From Phaeosaccion multiseriatum (Eukaryota > Protista > Ochrophyta, other classes), in contig OZ218956.1 of the NCBI GenBank assembly GCA_965112735.1, positions 310,001 through 374,000 of the forward strand: a stretch of 64,000 nucleotides of DNA, in the 5' to 3' direction. The translations under genes and the position numbers were made by a program. Below the pieces are notes generated by a model, which worked only from the letters and a program-made list of their open reading frames with translations, was not told the DNA's origin and did no database searches. Shown piece by piece: positions 37,663 through 49,400 of this stretch (the first letter of the stretch is position 1; each line of letters starts with the position of its first letter).

Positions 37663-38637
37663 ATGGACTACGCAAACGATGAAATGGACACGGCAATCTT
37701 GGAAAGGGCAGGAAACGAGGCGTTGTTCCGAGCTTTGCAGGCGAATTGGGACAAGTTGACGACCACATACCGAGAGCGGCAGCAGCAATGGGAGCACGGC
37801 GAGGAAACCCCCAACTCTGGTAGCACGTTGGCGCTTATGGGGGCGACCTCAACCAACATGGGCATGGTGTTGTATGGGGAGGGCGGGCGGGGAGGTAAGC
37901 TGCAGCAGGCCAAGACAAAACTCACCACCAGCCTGCGGATTTATACGTTTGTGTACGGCGATGATCATCCTTTCGTGGCTAGCGCACTCACGGACATTGG
38001 GAGAGTGCTATGCGACGAGGGAAAGCTGGAGGAGGCGCTATCTCATTTGACGAAAGCGCTGCGGATACAGCAAGAGGCGTATGGCGAGGAGCACAGCCAT
38101 GTCGCCTTTACCCTGACCGACATTGGGATTGTGCTGCGGAGGCAGGGCAAGAAGAAGGAGGCCATGGAGAGCTTCGATAAAGCCTGCACGATCCTAAAGC
38201 TGGTGTACGGCAAGACCCATCCAAACGTGGCCATGACTAACCTGCGCAGGGTGGCGGAAGAGGAGGCCTTGGCCGCAGCAGAGGCGGCGGAAGATGCAGC
38301 AGCAAAGGCAAGGTGGGAGAGGCGTCTGTGGTGGAATGCGCACATGCCCGCGCGTGGGGTAGGGGGGAAATGGCCTCATGCTCAGACACCTCCAGTGCTG
38401 TTGGGGACCCGTTTTGGCGGGGGCTGGTCCGACGATCTCTTCACCATCATCAACAGGACCGAAGGAGCCGTGGAGCCTGACCGCTCGCGTCGGGTCCGGT
38501 GCGCGAAAAGGAAAGTATGGATTTGTGGATTCCTTGAGCTTTTGGAGTCGACACTATCCTGCCCTCGAAGCCGCGAAGCATCGGACTTGGGTGGCGCCGA
38601 CTGCGACACTCGGGGCAGCCTCTGTGGCGGCGCGTAG
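37663..38637 (+). CDS. Intronless TPR-repeat protein, copy 1 (42-aa kinesin-light-chain/TPR_12-type repeats)
   Basis: 324-aa ORF with YGDDHPFVASALTDIGRVL..GKLEEALSHLTKALRI, YGEEHSHVAFTLTDIGIVL and YGKTHPNVA at 42-aa spacing. Confidence 0.85.
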   Translation: MDYANDEMDTAILERAGNEALFRALQANWDKLTTTYRERQQQWEHGEETPNSGSTLALMGATSTNMGMVLYGEGGRGGKLQQAKTKLTTSLRIYTFVYGDDHPFVASALTDIGRVLCDEGKLEEALSHLTKALRIQQEAYGEEHSHVAFTLTDIGIVLRRQGKKKEAMESFDKACTILKLVYGKTHPNVAMTNLRRVAEEEALAAAEAAEDAAAKARWERRLWWNAHMPARGVGGKWPHAQTPPVLLGTRFGGGWSDDLFTIINRTEGAVEPDRSRRVRCAKRKVWICGFLELLESTLSCPRSREASDLGGADCDTRGSLCGGA

Positions 38638-38812
38638 GGGAGAGACGATGGAGACAGAGGCATTGCTTGCCTAAGGGCTAAGGGCTCGCTCACTACTCTA
38701 CTTAAGGGCTTGCTCACTATCCTACTATAAAATTGGGCAAAGCCTGGTGTGCCTCCACTTCGGTGGCAGGGAGGAACAAGAATAGAGCGAAGGAAAACAC
38801 TTTCCTCACTCA

Positions 38813-40176
38813 GCTTGTTGGAGAGGAGGGGGAGGCTTCTCCTCCTCCCATGAGCAAGAGTAGCAACCAGAGTCCTCCCCTCAGTCCCGAGGGAGGACGA
38901 GACCAAGTACAGCAGCAGGAGCAGCCAGCCACAGGCGAGACGGAGGAGGGTGGAGGGGGGCAGGAGGCCGAGTCCCTTCAACCCGCGGTCAGCGGAGCAG
39001 TTGGTGATTCAACAGCACCAGGACCAGAAGCGGTAGCAGCAGAGGGAGGGAGCATAGCCCGGAGCCTCCGCTCGGAGTGACTGCAGCAGCGCACAGCCTT
39101 CCTGATATCCCGTTTGGGGCTTGTGACAGAGGCGGTCGAGAGAGTGTCACAGCTCTTCAAGAAGAAGCAAGACTTGGAGGCACAGTTGGCGCAGGCGGAG
39201 ACCCAACACGCGCAGCAGCAGAACCCAACGGCGGGGGCTGGGGTGGCGGCGTCGATGCTCGCGCTGGCCGTGCGCAAGATTGACTCTCTTATAGCGCGAG
39301 CCCCCAAGGCTCAGCGGGCGAGGGCAGAGGAGGAGGAAGCGCGTGCCAGCGGCGGCAGCGAGGGGGGGGCGCAGAGCGACGACGAGGGCGTTGAAGAGGA
39401 GGGGGAGGCGGAGGGGGAGAGCAAGACGGCGAGCAGCAGCGGGCCTCTGATGCCTTCCTTGGTGCCCTTGCCGGAGCTCCGCTCCTCGTCGCCGCCCACG
39501 TCCTCGGGTCCGGGCTCGCTGGTGCCCAGGGACGTGGCGGCCGTGTCTGTGTGGGACACCATCGATGTGAGCGACTTTGAGTTGAGTGGGGATGAGATCA
39601 GTGCCACTTCGAGCCAAGGTCAAGGCAGCACGGAGTCCGTGACGAGCCTCAGCGGACAAGCCAAGGTGGACTGGGAGCGGGCACAGAGGTGGAGCTTTCA
39701 GAGCGCCGAGGACCAGGTACGGTGGCGAATCTATGTGCCTCCATCCGGCTGAGGCTACACGTCGATATGCCTCCATCCATCCATGTATGCAGCCCGAGGG
39801 TGTACGTCCACCTGTATGTCTCTATCCATCCTTCCAACCATACTTTGTGTCTATATTTTCCCACCATCCATACGTATATGCATACATACATCTAAACCCC
39901 TCCTCGTCGCCTCGTTGTCCTTCGCCCCCTCCTGTCCCACCCCTCGCCCGTCCTCTCCTGCTTGTCATGCGAACCCCTCTTTGCCCGCCCCCCCCCTCCA
40001 CTTCCACCCCACGCTTCTGCCCCCAGTGCCTGGAGCTACAACTGGCGTGTGTGAACCCGCTCGTGCTGGAGCTGGCCCTGTATGACCAAGTGGCGCTGCC
40101 CGACCCTGAAGACGCCACCTCCCTGCTGCCCTTTCGACGCGACAAGTGGGCCGCCTTTGAGAAGTAGTACTTGGCA
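38813..40176 (+). pseudogene. Duplicated fragment of the giant WD40 gene (source 32556-33934), intron included
   Basis: Near-identical sequence with CGA>TGA at 39078 and TGG>TAG at 40165; no start context. Confidence 0.9.
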
Positions 40177-40683
40177 TAGAGAAAAGGGGAGAGGTTGACG
40201 GCTTCTCCTCCTTCTTCCTTACTAGTAAGGCCATACTTTACTTCATCGACTCGACCCTGCCCAACGAGGCCCTGATCGATTTGAGCCTTCAAGTGCACAA
40301 CTGCGGCCAAACCGTTCATCTCATCTCCCGAGGACTCTCATGTGCAAGTTTTCAATTTCAGTTGCTTTTTTCTGAGATTAATCTTACCGACGTATTTCTT
40401 TCCTCCACTCCCTTCATTGCTTACGTGAACACTTGCAAAGCCTCGCGCTGCAATCCATAGCTGTCCAGGCTCAGGTCATGTGTAGCTGTGCAGGCTGGGG
40501 AGGAAACACTGTTGCTCACTTCAAAGAAACCAAGCTGTATGTGTTGTTGTGAAGTGAGTCTCCACCAACCCACACCTCACCAAGCGGTAAGGAAGAGAAG
40601 GAGCAGAGATCAGCAAGCCAAAGCTTCCTACGTAAACGGTGAACTTAGCACACGGAGGAGGAAGAAGAAGAAGCGGACTTAAA

Positions 40684-41667
40684 ATGGACAACGCCAGCGA
40701 CGAAATGGACACGGTAATCTGGGAAGGGGGAGGAAAGTTGCGAGCTTTGGAGGCGGAGTTGGAGAACTTAATTTCCATATACCGAGAGGGGGACCAGCAA
40801 AGGGAGCGTGGGCGCGGCGGGATTTCCCCCAACTCTGGTAGCTTGTTGGCGGAAATGGGGACGATCTCAACCGATATAGGCAGGCTGTTGTATGGGGAGG
40901 GCGGGCGGGGAGGTAAGCTGCAGGAGGCCAAGGTAAACTTCACCTTCAGCCTACGGATGCATACAAAGGTGTACGGTAAGGATCATCCCTTCGTGGCTGG
41001 CGCACTCACGGACATTGGGAGAGTGCTATGCGACGAGGGAAAGCTGGAGGAGGCGCTATCTCATTTGACGAAAGCGCTGCGGATACAGCAAGAGGCGTAT
41101 GGCGAGGAGCACAGCCATGTCGCCTTTACCCTGACCGACATTGGGATTGTGCTGCGGAGGCAGGGCAAGAAGAAGGAGGCCATGGAGAGCTTCGATAAAG
41201 CCTGCACGATCCTAAAGCTGGTGTACGGCAAGACCCATCCAAACGTGGCCATGACTAACCTGCGCAGGGTGGCGGAAGAGGAGGCCTTGGCCGCAGCAGA
41301 GGCGGCGGAAGATGCAGCAGCAAGGGCAAGGTGGGAGAGGCGTCTGTGGTGGAATGCGCACATGCCCCCGTGTGGGGAAGGGGGGAGATGGCCTCATGCT
41401 CAAGCACCTCCAGTGCTATTGGGGACCCGTTTTGGCGGGGGCTGGTCCGACGATCTCTTCACCATCATCAACAGGACCGAAGGTGCCGTGGAGCCTGACC
41501 GCTCGCGTCGGGTCCGGCGCTCTACAAGGCACTCGTGGATGAGCGGGTTCCTTGAGCTTTTGGAGTCGACACTCTCCTGCCGCCGCCCTCGAAGCCCCAA
41601 AGCATCGAACTTGCCTGCTCCTGGCGCCGACTGCGCCACTCGGGACAGCCTCTGTGGCGGCGCGTAG
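40684..41667 (+). CDS. Intronless TPR-repeat protein, copy 2
   Basis: Paralogue of 37663-38637 (MDNASDEMDT...) with the same TPR core and shared upstream and downstream flanks. Confidence 0.85.
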   Translation: MDNASDEMDTVIWEGGGKLRALEAELENLISIYREGDQQRERGRGGISPNSGSLLAEMGTISTDIGRLLYGEGGRGGKLQEAKVNFTFSLRMHTKVYGKDHPFVAGALTDIGRVLCDEGKLEEALSHLTKALRIQQEAYGEEHSHVAFTLTDIGIVLRRQGKKKEAMESFDKACTILKLVYGKTHPNVAMTNLRRVAEEEALAAAEAAEDAAARARWERRLWWNAHMPPCGEGGRWPHAQAPPVLLGTRFGGGWSDDLFTIINRTEGAVEPDRSRRVRRSTRHSWMSGFLELLESTLSCRRPRSPKASNLPAPGADCATRDSLCGGA

Positions 41668-42094
41668 GGGAGAGACGATGGAGACAGAGGCATTGCTTGC
41701 CTAAGGGCTAAGGGCTCGCTCACTCTACTTTTTACGTTTGGCAAAGCGTCGCGTCGCGTCGCCACTTCGTTGGCAGGGAGGAACAAGCCAACCTATTTGA
41801 GAACAGGCTTCCAATGCGGAACAAGCCTATTTGAGTAACAGGCTTCCAATGCCCTCTTCCTTCCGTCCCTGTAACTCAAATTGGCTTCTTCCTGTTATTA
41901 GTGCTTTATTTTTCATATGTGTTCTTTTTTCTTTATTTGAGTACTATGTAATAGAAAAGGAAAAAGAAAGAAGAATACTTAAGAAGAAAAAAAAAAAAAA
42001 AAAAAAAAGAAAAAAAAACTGAGCCAAAGACTCATATATATATAATATATAGAAGTATATATTTATATATTTGAGTCTCTAAAATTCAATCCAA

Positions 42095-43863
42095 TCAAAC
42101 GGTCGCCGTCGGCACTTCCCACGGTTTGGCCACGGGCGGCTGCAGCCCCTCCTTGGCAGCCGACACGGCAGCAGGAGCGTTGGAGGCGAGCCTGCCGTCG
42201 TCGTCGCTGACATTGGCAATGCCCGGGGGGGACTCTCCCCTTCCCACCACGGCCATCACCTCCGCGAACGTCTCCGGGTACTTGGGCGATGAAGATGACT
42301 CCGCCGCTGTATCATCAACTGCTGCATCACCACCTGGTGCCCTCTGCTCCTGCCCTTGCTCTACTCCGCTGTCCTGCCCGCCGCCGGATGTCTGCTGCTC
42401 CTGCTCCTCCACCTCGGCGACCACTCCGGCGACGACAGCGGCGGTTGGGACATACTCGGGTGCGGCGCCTGACAAGGAGGATACAGAAGAGGACATTGAC
42501 GGTTTCGAAACCGCCTCTGCCTCTGACTGAGCCGCCTCTGCTTGAGCTGCCTCCTCTTGAGCCGCCGCGGGGGGGGGCTTACCTGCCACCATCACGTCCA
42601 GCGCCTCCATCGCTGCCTGCATCACCGCCTTGTTCTTGACCGCCTCCCCCTCCCCCCCCGCCGGGTGTAGCCACTCCCACTCGAGCGTGTTGCCCCCCTT
42701 CTCCTTGAAGCCGCACGCCGTGAGGAACGCCACGTGCGCTTCCAGGGGCGCCACCAGTGTCTTGAAGTTCTTATTCGTGGTGGTGATCTTGCGATACCTC
42801 GGTACAGTGGGGTGGTTCAGCAGGTTGGTGACAAAGAGTTTGAGCATGGGTAGTGCAGACTTGAGCTCCTTCTCCGAATTGCCCGACCACAGCTGTTGTG
42901 TGGCCTCTTGCACGGCCGCGAGCCGCTCTGCGTGTCTCACGCACACCTCTGCTTTCAACGCCTCCTCTGCTCTTTCTGCCTCTAAGGCCGCTGCCTCCTT
43001 CTCCTCTCTTTCCTTGGTCTCTTTCTGTAACGCCTTTGCCTCTGCCTCTTCCGCCGTCAGACTCTCCGGTATATCTGCTGCTGCTGACTGACCCTCTCCT
43101 GCTGCCCACCACAGACGCAAGGAGAGGGATGGACGGCAGGAAGGAGAGGGGATGGGGACACGGAGGGCGTGAAGGAGGTGCAGGAGAGGGAAGGAGCGGG
43201 AGGAGTAGCAGGGAGTGCTGACAACGGTCCACACAACGGAGCATTTCTATGGCGGGGCACAGACGACCGTTTCGTTCCGCTACGTGCCCCTTTTGCTTTT
43301 GCATAGCCCTCGCCGCAGCCCCAATCAAGCCCCAGAACCGACGTAACCGTCGTAACCGTCCCCTCCTCGCCCCCCGGACTCTCTGGGCCTCTGCCTGGCT
43401 GACCTCCCTCCTTGCTCCTTTCCTCTCCTCCTTCGCTGGCCCTCTCCTCTCCTCTTCCGCCTCCGTGGGCCATCCCGCCCGCCCTCACTGCCTCACCTCC
43501 CTCCTCGCTGCCCTTCTCCTTGCTCTTACCGTTACTATCATCAGCTGCGCCCCCCTCCACAGCCGCCACGGCCGCTCTCAGTACTGCCTCCCTCGTGCTC
43601 GCCTGCTGCTCTACTGAACCACTCACTCCTCCCGCCCCCTGCAACAGCAGCAGTTGCTTGATGGTTTCCAGGTCGGTGCGAATCTCCGCCAAGGCCACAG
43701 CTGTGCCTGTTTCTCCCGTCCCTGACGGATCGAGCCGTTCCGCAATGACCTTCATGGCGGCTACCGCTTCTCCCAAGGCGGCTGCATCTGCATGGGTTGG
43801 CTCTGCTGCCGCTTCCCGTTCTACAGGGTCCCCATCCCCCGCGTACTGCGGAGGCGCTGTAGA

Positions 43864-43898
<35 letters not shown>

Positions 43899-44935
43899 CG
43901 TCCCCTACTGCTTGGGTATCTCGCTCTCCACTGCCCCCCACTCTCGCCTGCCCGCCCTCTGATCCACCCTGCCCGACCCCGTTGGCCTCGGCCCTGTTGG
44001 CCTCGGCCCTGTTGGCCTCGGCCCTGTTGGCCTGATGCCACACGCCCACAGCGCCGAGCCCTCCCAGAGCAAGCACGCTCGGTACGGCCCACCTCCGCCA
44101 CAGGGGCACGGCCGGGGGGGGAGGAGGGGGAGGGGGTCCCATCGGCTCGGCGCCCCTCAGCTGCGTGGCATTGCTGCTGTCTCTTCCCTCACACCTGCTC
44201 AGGCACTCGCTGATTTCCTCGTGAGTGAGCGCCTGCGGTGGGAAAGAGGTTGGGGGGTGAGGCTCGGGGGTAAGTGCCGTGTCCTTAGCTTTCGCTCGGC
44301 GTCAAAAAGACTCCTCTCGTGGAACAGAGCACGTCTTTCTGTTGTGAGGACGGCAGAGGCCGGCCTCGCATACTAATACGGGGAAGAGGGGCCATGACAC
44401 ACTCCGTGACAGGGCCTCATTCATCGCAAGAGCGCATCGACCCCTAGATCCAATGCTGTAGTTGCGTCTCACCTTCTTCTCCAGAAAGGCCACTCGTTGA
44501 GACAAGGGAGACTCCTTGACCTTAGGGTGGTTTAGGAAGTTCACACCCTTGTGTGCAGCAAAGGGCAGGGAACAGGGAGGGCCAAGTGCCAAGAACAAGG
44601 CAGGGGCGTGAGGAAAAGGTAACGAGAGTGGGTGGTCACTGGCGTGCAAGCCATGGGACTATAGTGAGCGGAGAACAAGGTAGTGTGGCTGGTTAGTTGA
44701 GGGGAAGGAGGGGAGGAATTTGATGTGGGAGGAAGGGGACCAACTGAGCAAGGAACGATTCCGAGACAAAGAGGGGGCGGAGGGTGAGGTGATCATGAGG
44801 TTTTCGGGACGTGACGGGCTGGAAAGTGGGCCGCTCGTGGTGCAAGAAGCGTCCTCATGTGTGAGAAGATGAAGAGAGAGAGAGGAAAAGAAGGGGTTGG
44901 TATCCGCTTACCTGTTGGACCTGCTCCTCCCTCAT
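42095..44935 (-). CDS. PEX14: Peroxin PEX14 with an internal PUB domain and C-terminal KPWE-type domain
   Basis: Exons 44935-44912, 44547-44473, 44232-43497 and about 43101-42095. Pex14_N: MREEQVQQ/GVNFLNHPKVKESPLSQRVAFLEKK/ALTHEEISECL. TM: WAVPSVLALGGLGAVGVW. PUB-like: LKLFVTNLLNHPTVPRYRKITTTNKNF...FLTACGF. End: YPETFAEVMAVVGRGESPPGI...KPWE. Confidence 0.88.
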
Positions 44936-45309
44936 CTTCCGCCCAATCAAAGGCTCCCTCCCATATAAACCCCCTCTAGAGGACTCACAGTGTTTAGGGT
45001 CGAGGATATCGAGAGTCGAAGAGAGGGAAGAGAGGGGGAGCGATTATCGATCATCGAGGGCTGCGTCGCCTCCTGTGAGTATGATTCGACTCCGCGGGCC
45101 CCAGCCAACCGCCCATGGGAATCATGGGATTGTGTGTGTCCCTTGTTGGCAGCTCTCGCGCTTCCCTTTACATCCCTGTACATCTCCGAAGCTGTGAGAC
45201 TCGATATGTACAGTAGGAGGGGTGTTCTTCCAGCCATACGCGGTCACGCATGGACGCTGGGGGCGAGGAATAGCTGCGCCTGACCGAGGGTATCGGGGGG
45301 GTGACAAGA

Positions 45310-46116
45310 TGGGAGAAGAGGACCGTTTGATGCCGGCCGCTGAGGTTTGGGTGCGAGTGAGATGGCGTGATGGGGAGGAAGTCGCCTCATCGAAGGACGC
45401 AAAGCGCCCACCAGCAGCAGTAGCAGCAGCAGCAGCGGCGGCCGAGGTGGCAGCAGTACTGAAGATTGACTACGAGACGATGGCAATCACTGTCACGCCC
45501 CCCCCGACGGCCGCAGAAGCCGCGGCAGCAGCAGCGACGGCGACGGCAGCGGCAGTACCGCCACCTCCCCCGGGAAGAGGAAGGGGAAGTTCTCCTGTGA
45601 GGTATGGCAATAGATGGGTCGGCTTGCTACCGCTTGTGCAAGGCAGCTTTGACGTCTCTTTCTATGGGCGAGTCTTAACTTCCCACAAAAATCTGACATC
45701 TTTAGTCACTCCGTCTCTTCGATCTGTTCTTTGCATACCCGTCTCTGCCCCGCATGGCCAGGAGCCCCAAGGCAGGAGCAGGCGCGGCATCGGCAGGAGG
45801 GGCAACAGGGGCCGCCAAGCCTGCCACCTTCGTGGTGGACCAACTGGTCGACTTTGAGGAGAGCGAGGTGAGAGCAAGGGATGAAGGCAGTGAGGCCGAC
45901 AAGAAGATAAGCGGGGGAGGGGTCAGTCTGTTTCTGATGAAGCTGCCGCCGCTGCTGCTGCTGCTGCGAGGCCCGGGAGGGAGGAGCTGGGTCGGCTTCC
46001 TTCCTTCCTTCCGTGCAAAAAGAATGCGGAGAGATTAGACAGAGAGATAGAAAGAAACATGCATAGGCAGACAGGCAGACAGGCAGACAGGCAGACAGGC
46101 AGACAGGCAGACAGGC

Positions 46117-46153
<37 letters not shown>

Positions 46154-46455
46154 GGCAGACAGGCAGACAGACAGACAGGCAGACAGACTGCCAGGTGCCT
46201 CTCTTACACCCTCTCCCTCTCCCCTCTCCCCTCTCCCTTTCCCTCTCTCCTGACACCCCGGAGCAGCAAGAGGAGGGGCTTCTCTCGGACCTTGTGGAGG
46301 GGGCGGTGGCGGAGGGTGGAGCGGTGGGGGCGGTGGTGGCGGTGGGAGGGGCAAGGGCGGGCAAGAGTCACCTGCTGTGGGGCAAAGTCGCCGGAGAGGA
46401 CCAACGCTGGGGCCTGCTGCAAAGACTCATGGGGGCCTTCTTCAAGGTGGGTGTG

Positions 46456-46496
<41 letters not shown>

Positions 46497-49400
46497 GCGT
46501 GCATGTGTTTGTCTGCGAGCGCGTGTCGACCAAAGTATAAGTAGAGCAGTCGTAGCCTTATCGAAGCTCTCTCGCTAATCCCCCTCCTCCTTCCCCTCAC
46601 AATCTTGACTCTTAACACTCACTCACCACCACCTCATCGGATCTCCCTTTCTTTCTCTCTCTGCTCCCCCTTCCCCTTCCTCTCACTCACGATGATGATG
46701 CTTGGTGCTTGACCCCCCCCCCCTCACCATCAGCGCTTCGAATCGCTCTCCACAGAGTTCGACATGCGCACCCCCGCGGGTTCGCCCCCTTCCCGCTTCC
46801 AAATGGCGATTTCAGTGACTTACTGCTACGGCGGGAATGTGTTCGACCTGCTCAACCCCTTCGAGCTCAGGGGGAGGAAGGCAAATGTGCCCAGGGACAG
46901 CCAAGTGGCCGGAGTGTATGTCGAGGGTAAGAGAGAGAGGGGGTCAGAGAGGGTGCAAGAGAGGGAGAGGGGAAGGGAGGGACACAGTGAGAGAGGGAGA
47001 GAGAGAGGTATACGCCCCCTTCCTTGCCGTACGAACGCACACACGAAACCGCACGAATTCACACACACACCTCCCCTCCCTCTGTACACATAGACTTTCA
47101 GTTTCTTGGGTGACTCCTATGGGTCAATAAAGTCCTCTCCCCCTGCTGGCGGTGACCTCACAGCACCTTCATCCCCAACCCCCTTAGGCTTCACTGACTT
47201 ACCCCTTCACTGATTTACCCCCATTCCACAGGCTCCAGCGAGCACTTGGCGGAGTGCATTGAGGACGCCATCGACCTCACCACGGAAGCTTTCGGCGTTA
47301 GGCGTATCATTCAGGTAAGTCAGAAAGTGAGGGGGCAATAGGCCAGTGAGTGAATGATTGAGTGAGTGAGTGATTGATTGAGTGAGTGAGTGAGTGAGTG
47401 AGTGAGTGAGTGAGAGAGTGAGTGAGAGAGTGAGTGAGAGAGTGAGTGACTGAGTGAGTGACTGAGTGAGTGAGTGACTGAGTGAGTTAGTGATTGAGTG
47501 AGTGATTGAGTGAGTGAGTGAGTGAGTGAGTGACTGAGTGACTGAGTGAGTGAGTGACTGAGTGAGTGAGTGACTGACTGACTGAGTGACTGAGTGATTG
47601 ATTGAGTGAGTGAGTGAGTGAGTGAGTGAGAGAGTGAGAGAGTGTGTGAGTGAGCGAGTGAGTGAGTGAGTGAGCGAGCGCATCCAGCACCTATGTACAT
47701 ACTTGAACTCATTCAACACCCCTTACTTCAACTTCAACCCCCCCCCCCTACCCTCGGCTTCCCTCGACTTCCTCAGATCGCACACAGCCACCTCCCGCAC
47801 TTGGGCTCTCTCTTCGTGCACATAAAGCCCCTGCGCACCTCGCACGTCACTACACCAGTTGGTGATACGCCAGGGCATGATGATGATGATGGGGGTCGAC
47901 AAGAGGGGAGTACAATTGATAGGGGTGGAGGGGTGTGTGGGGGTGAGAGAAGGACTGTCGAGTTGGGCAAGGTGATTGTGGCGGAGATTGCCAGCGCACC
48001 TTCAGCCCTCTCTCCTCCTCCGACATCTCCCGGGGGGGCAGCCGCCGTCGGATCAGCAGCAGCAGGAGCAGCAGCAGGTGGTGGCGGCCCGGGGTTGGGC
48101 GGGGGCGTGTCTCAAGGGGCACGGCCGATAGAGGATCGGCTGTCCACCGCCTTTAGGTGAGGGGGGACGGGTCGTTGCGCTTGGTTAGAGGGAGGGGAGC
48201 CGAGGGGGAGGGGGGCCGAGGGGGAGGGGGCGGAGAGGGACTTGTGAGAGCTTCGCTAACGATCACCTTCTGATGGTTCCTGTCCCCTCCCCTCCCCCTC
48301 CCCTCTCCTCCCCTTCTCTCCTCTCCCCTCCTTCCCTCCTCCCCCTCGGGACTCCCCTTCCTCCTCGTGTGGAGCGATTTCAGTGACTTATGTTCTCTCT
48401 CGAGCATCTTTGAAGTCGCGCAAGTGCTCTGCAGAGGTGAGACGGGCCTTGGCAAGCACCCCGTACAACCACATCTTCCAGCAACACATGGCAAACACCC
48501 CGTAAAACCACATCTTCCAGCAATACACACGTAGCGTACGACACATGACTTGAGATGGAAGCCTGTGGAGGTCTTACCCATGCACCTATCTCCTTCTCCC
48601 TCCTCCTCCTCCTCCTCCTCCTCCTCCTCCTCCTCCTCCTCCTCCTCCTCCTCCTCCTCCTCCTCCTCCTCCCCCCTCCCCCATCCACTGCCATCCCCCC
48701 CCCCCAGCGCTGGAGGTGCTCGCTGGGCAGCAGGCTGGCCTCAGGAAGGAAACCCTCCGCAAGAAGATGGTGGTGTGGACACGCGCCCTTGAGAAGGCCG
48801 TCAGGTGGGTACTTAATTCGTGTGTACATGACTCGTTGCTGTCGTATTTACGAGCCCCCCCCCCCCCCCCTCCTCCTCCTCCTCCTCCTCCTCCTCCTCC
48901 TCCTCCTCCTCCTCCTCCTCCTCCTCCTCCTCCTCCTCCTCCTCCTCCTCTTCCTCCTCCTCTTCTTCTTCTTCCTCCTCCTCCTCCTCCTCCTGCTGCT
49001 GCTGCTCCTCCTCCTCCTCCTCCTGCTGCTGCTGCTGCTGCTCCTCCTTCTCCTGCTCCTCCTCCTCCTCCCCCCCCCCCCCACAGACGCAGCGTGGCTT
49101 GCTTCCTCCTCAAGGATGTGCTGGTGACAAGTGGCAGGGCGGTTTGGATCGGCTGCATCAGTCCCGAGGGGGGCGACGTCGCAGACACACTCTGTACTAT
49201 GCAGCTGTTGTCCCAGGTGAGGAAGTTGGCAAGTTGGTGATATGGAGGCAGGCATATGGACAGGGGCGGTAGAAGCGCCTTTCAGTGACATGTGGAGTGC
49301 CAAGACTGCGATTACTTCACATTGCCCTCACGATCCCCTCCACTGCCATTGCCTCTGATGAATGTGTCTGTCTATCTATCTGCCTGCTTGCTTGCCTGCC

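Noticed and set aside
38813-39752. Independent functional gene, or an extra exon of TPR1 (an AG precedes 38814)
   Set aside because: It is a copy of 32556-33510 with an in-frame TGA at 39078 and lies downstream of the TPR1 stop.
37186-42090. Helitron or other autonomous transposon
   Set aside because: No Rep/helicase, transposase, reverse transcriptase, terminal repeats or target-site duplication found; tandem duplication explains the structure more simply.
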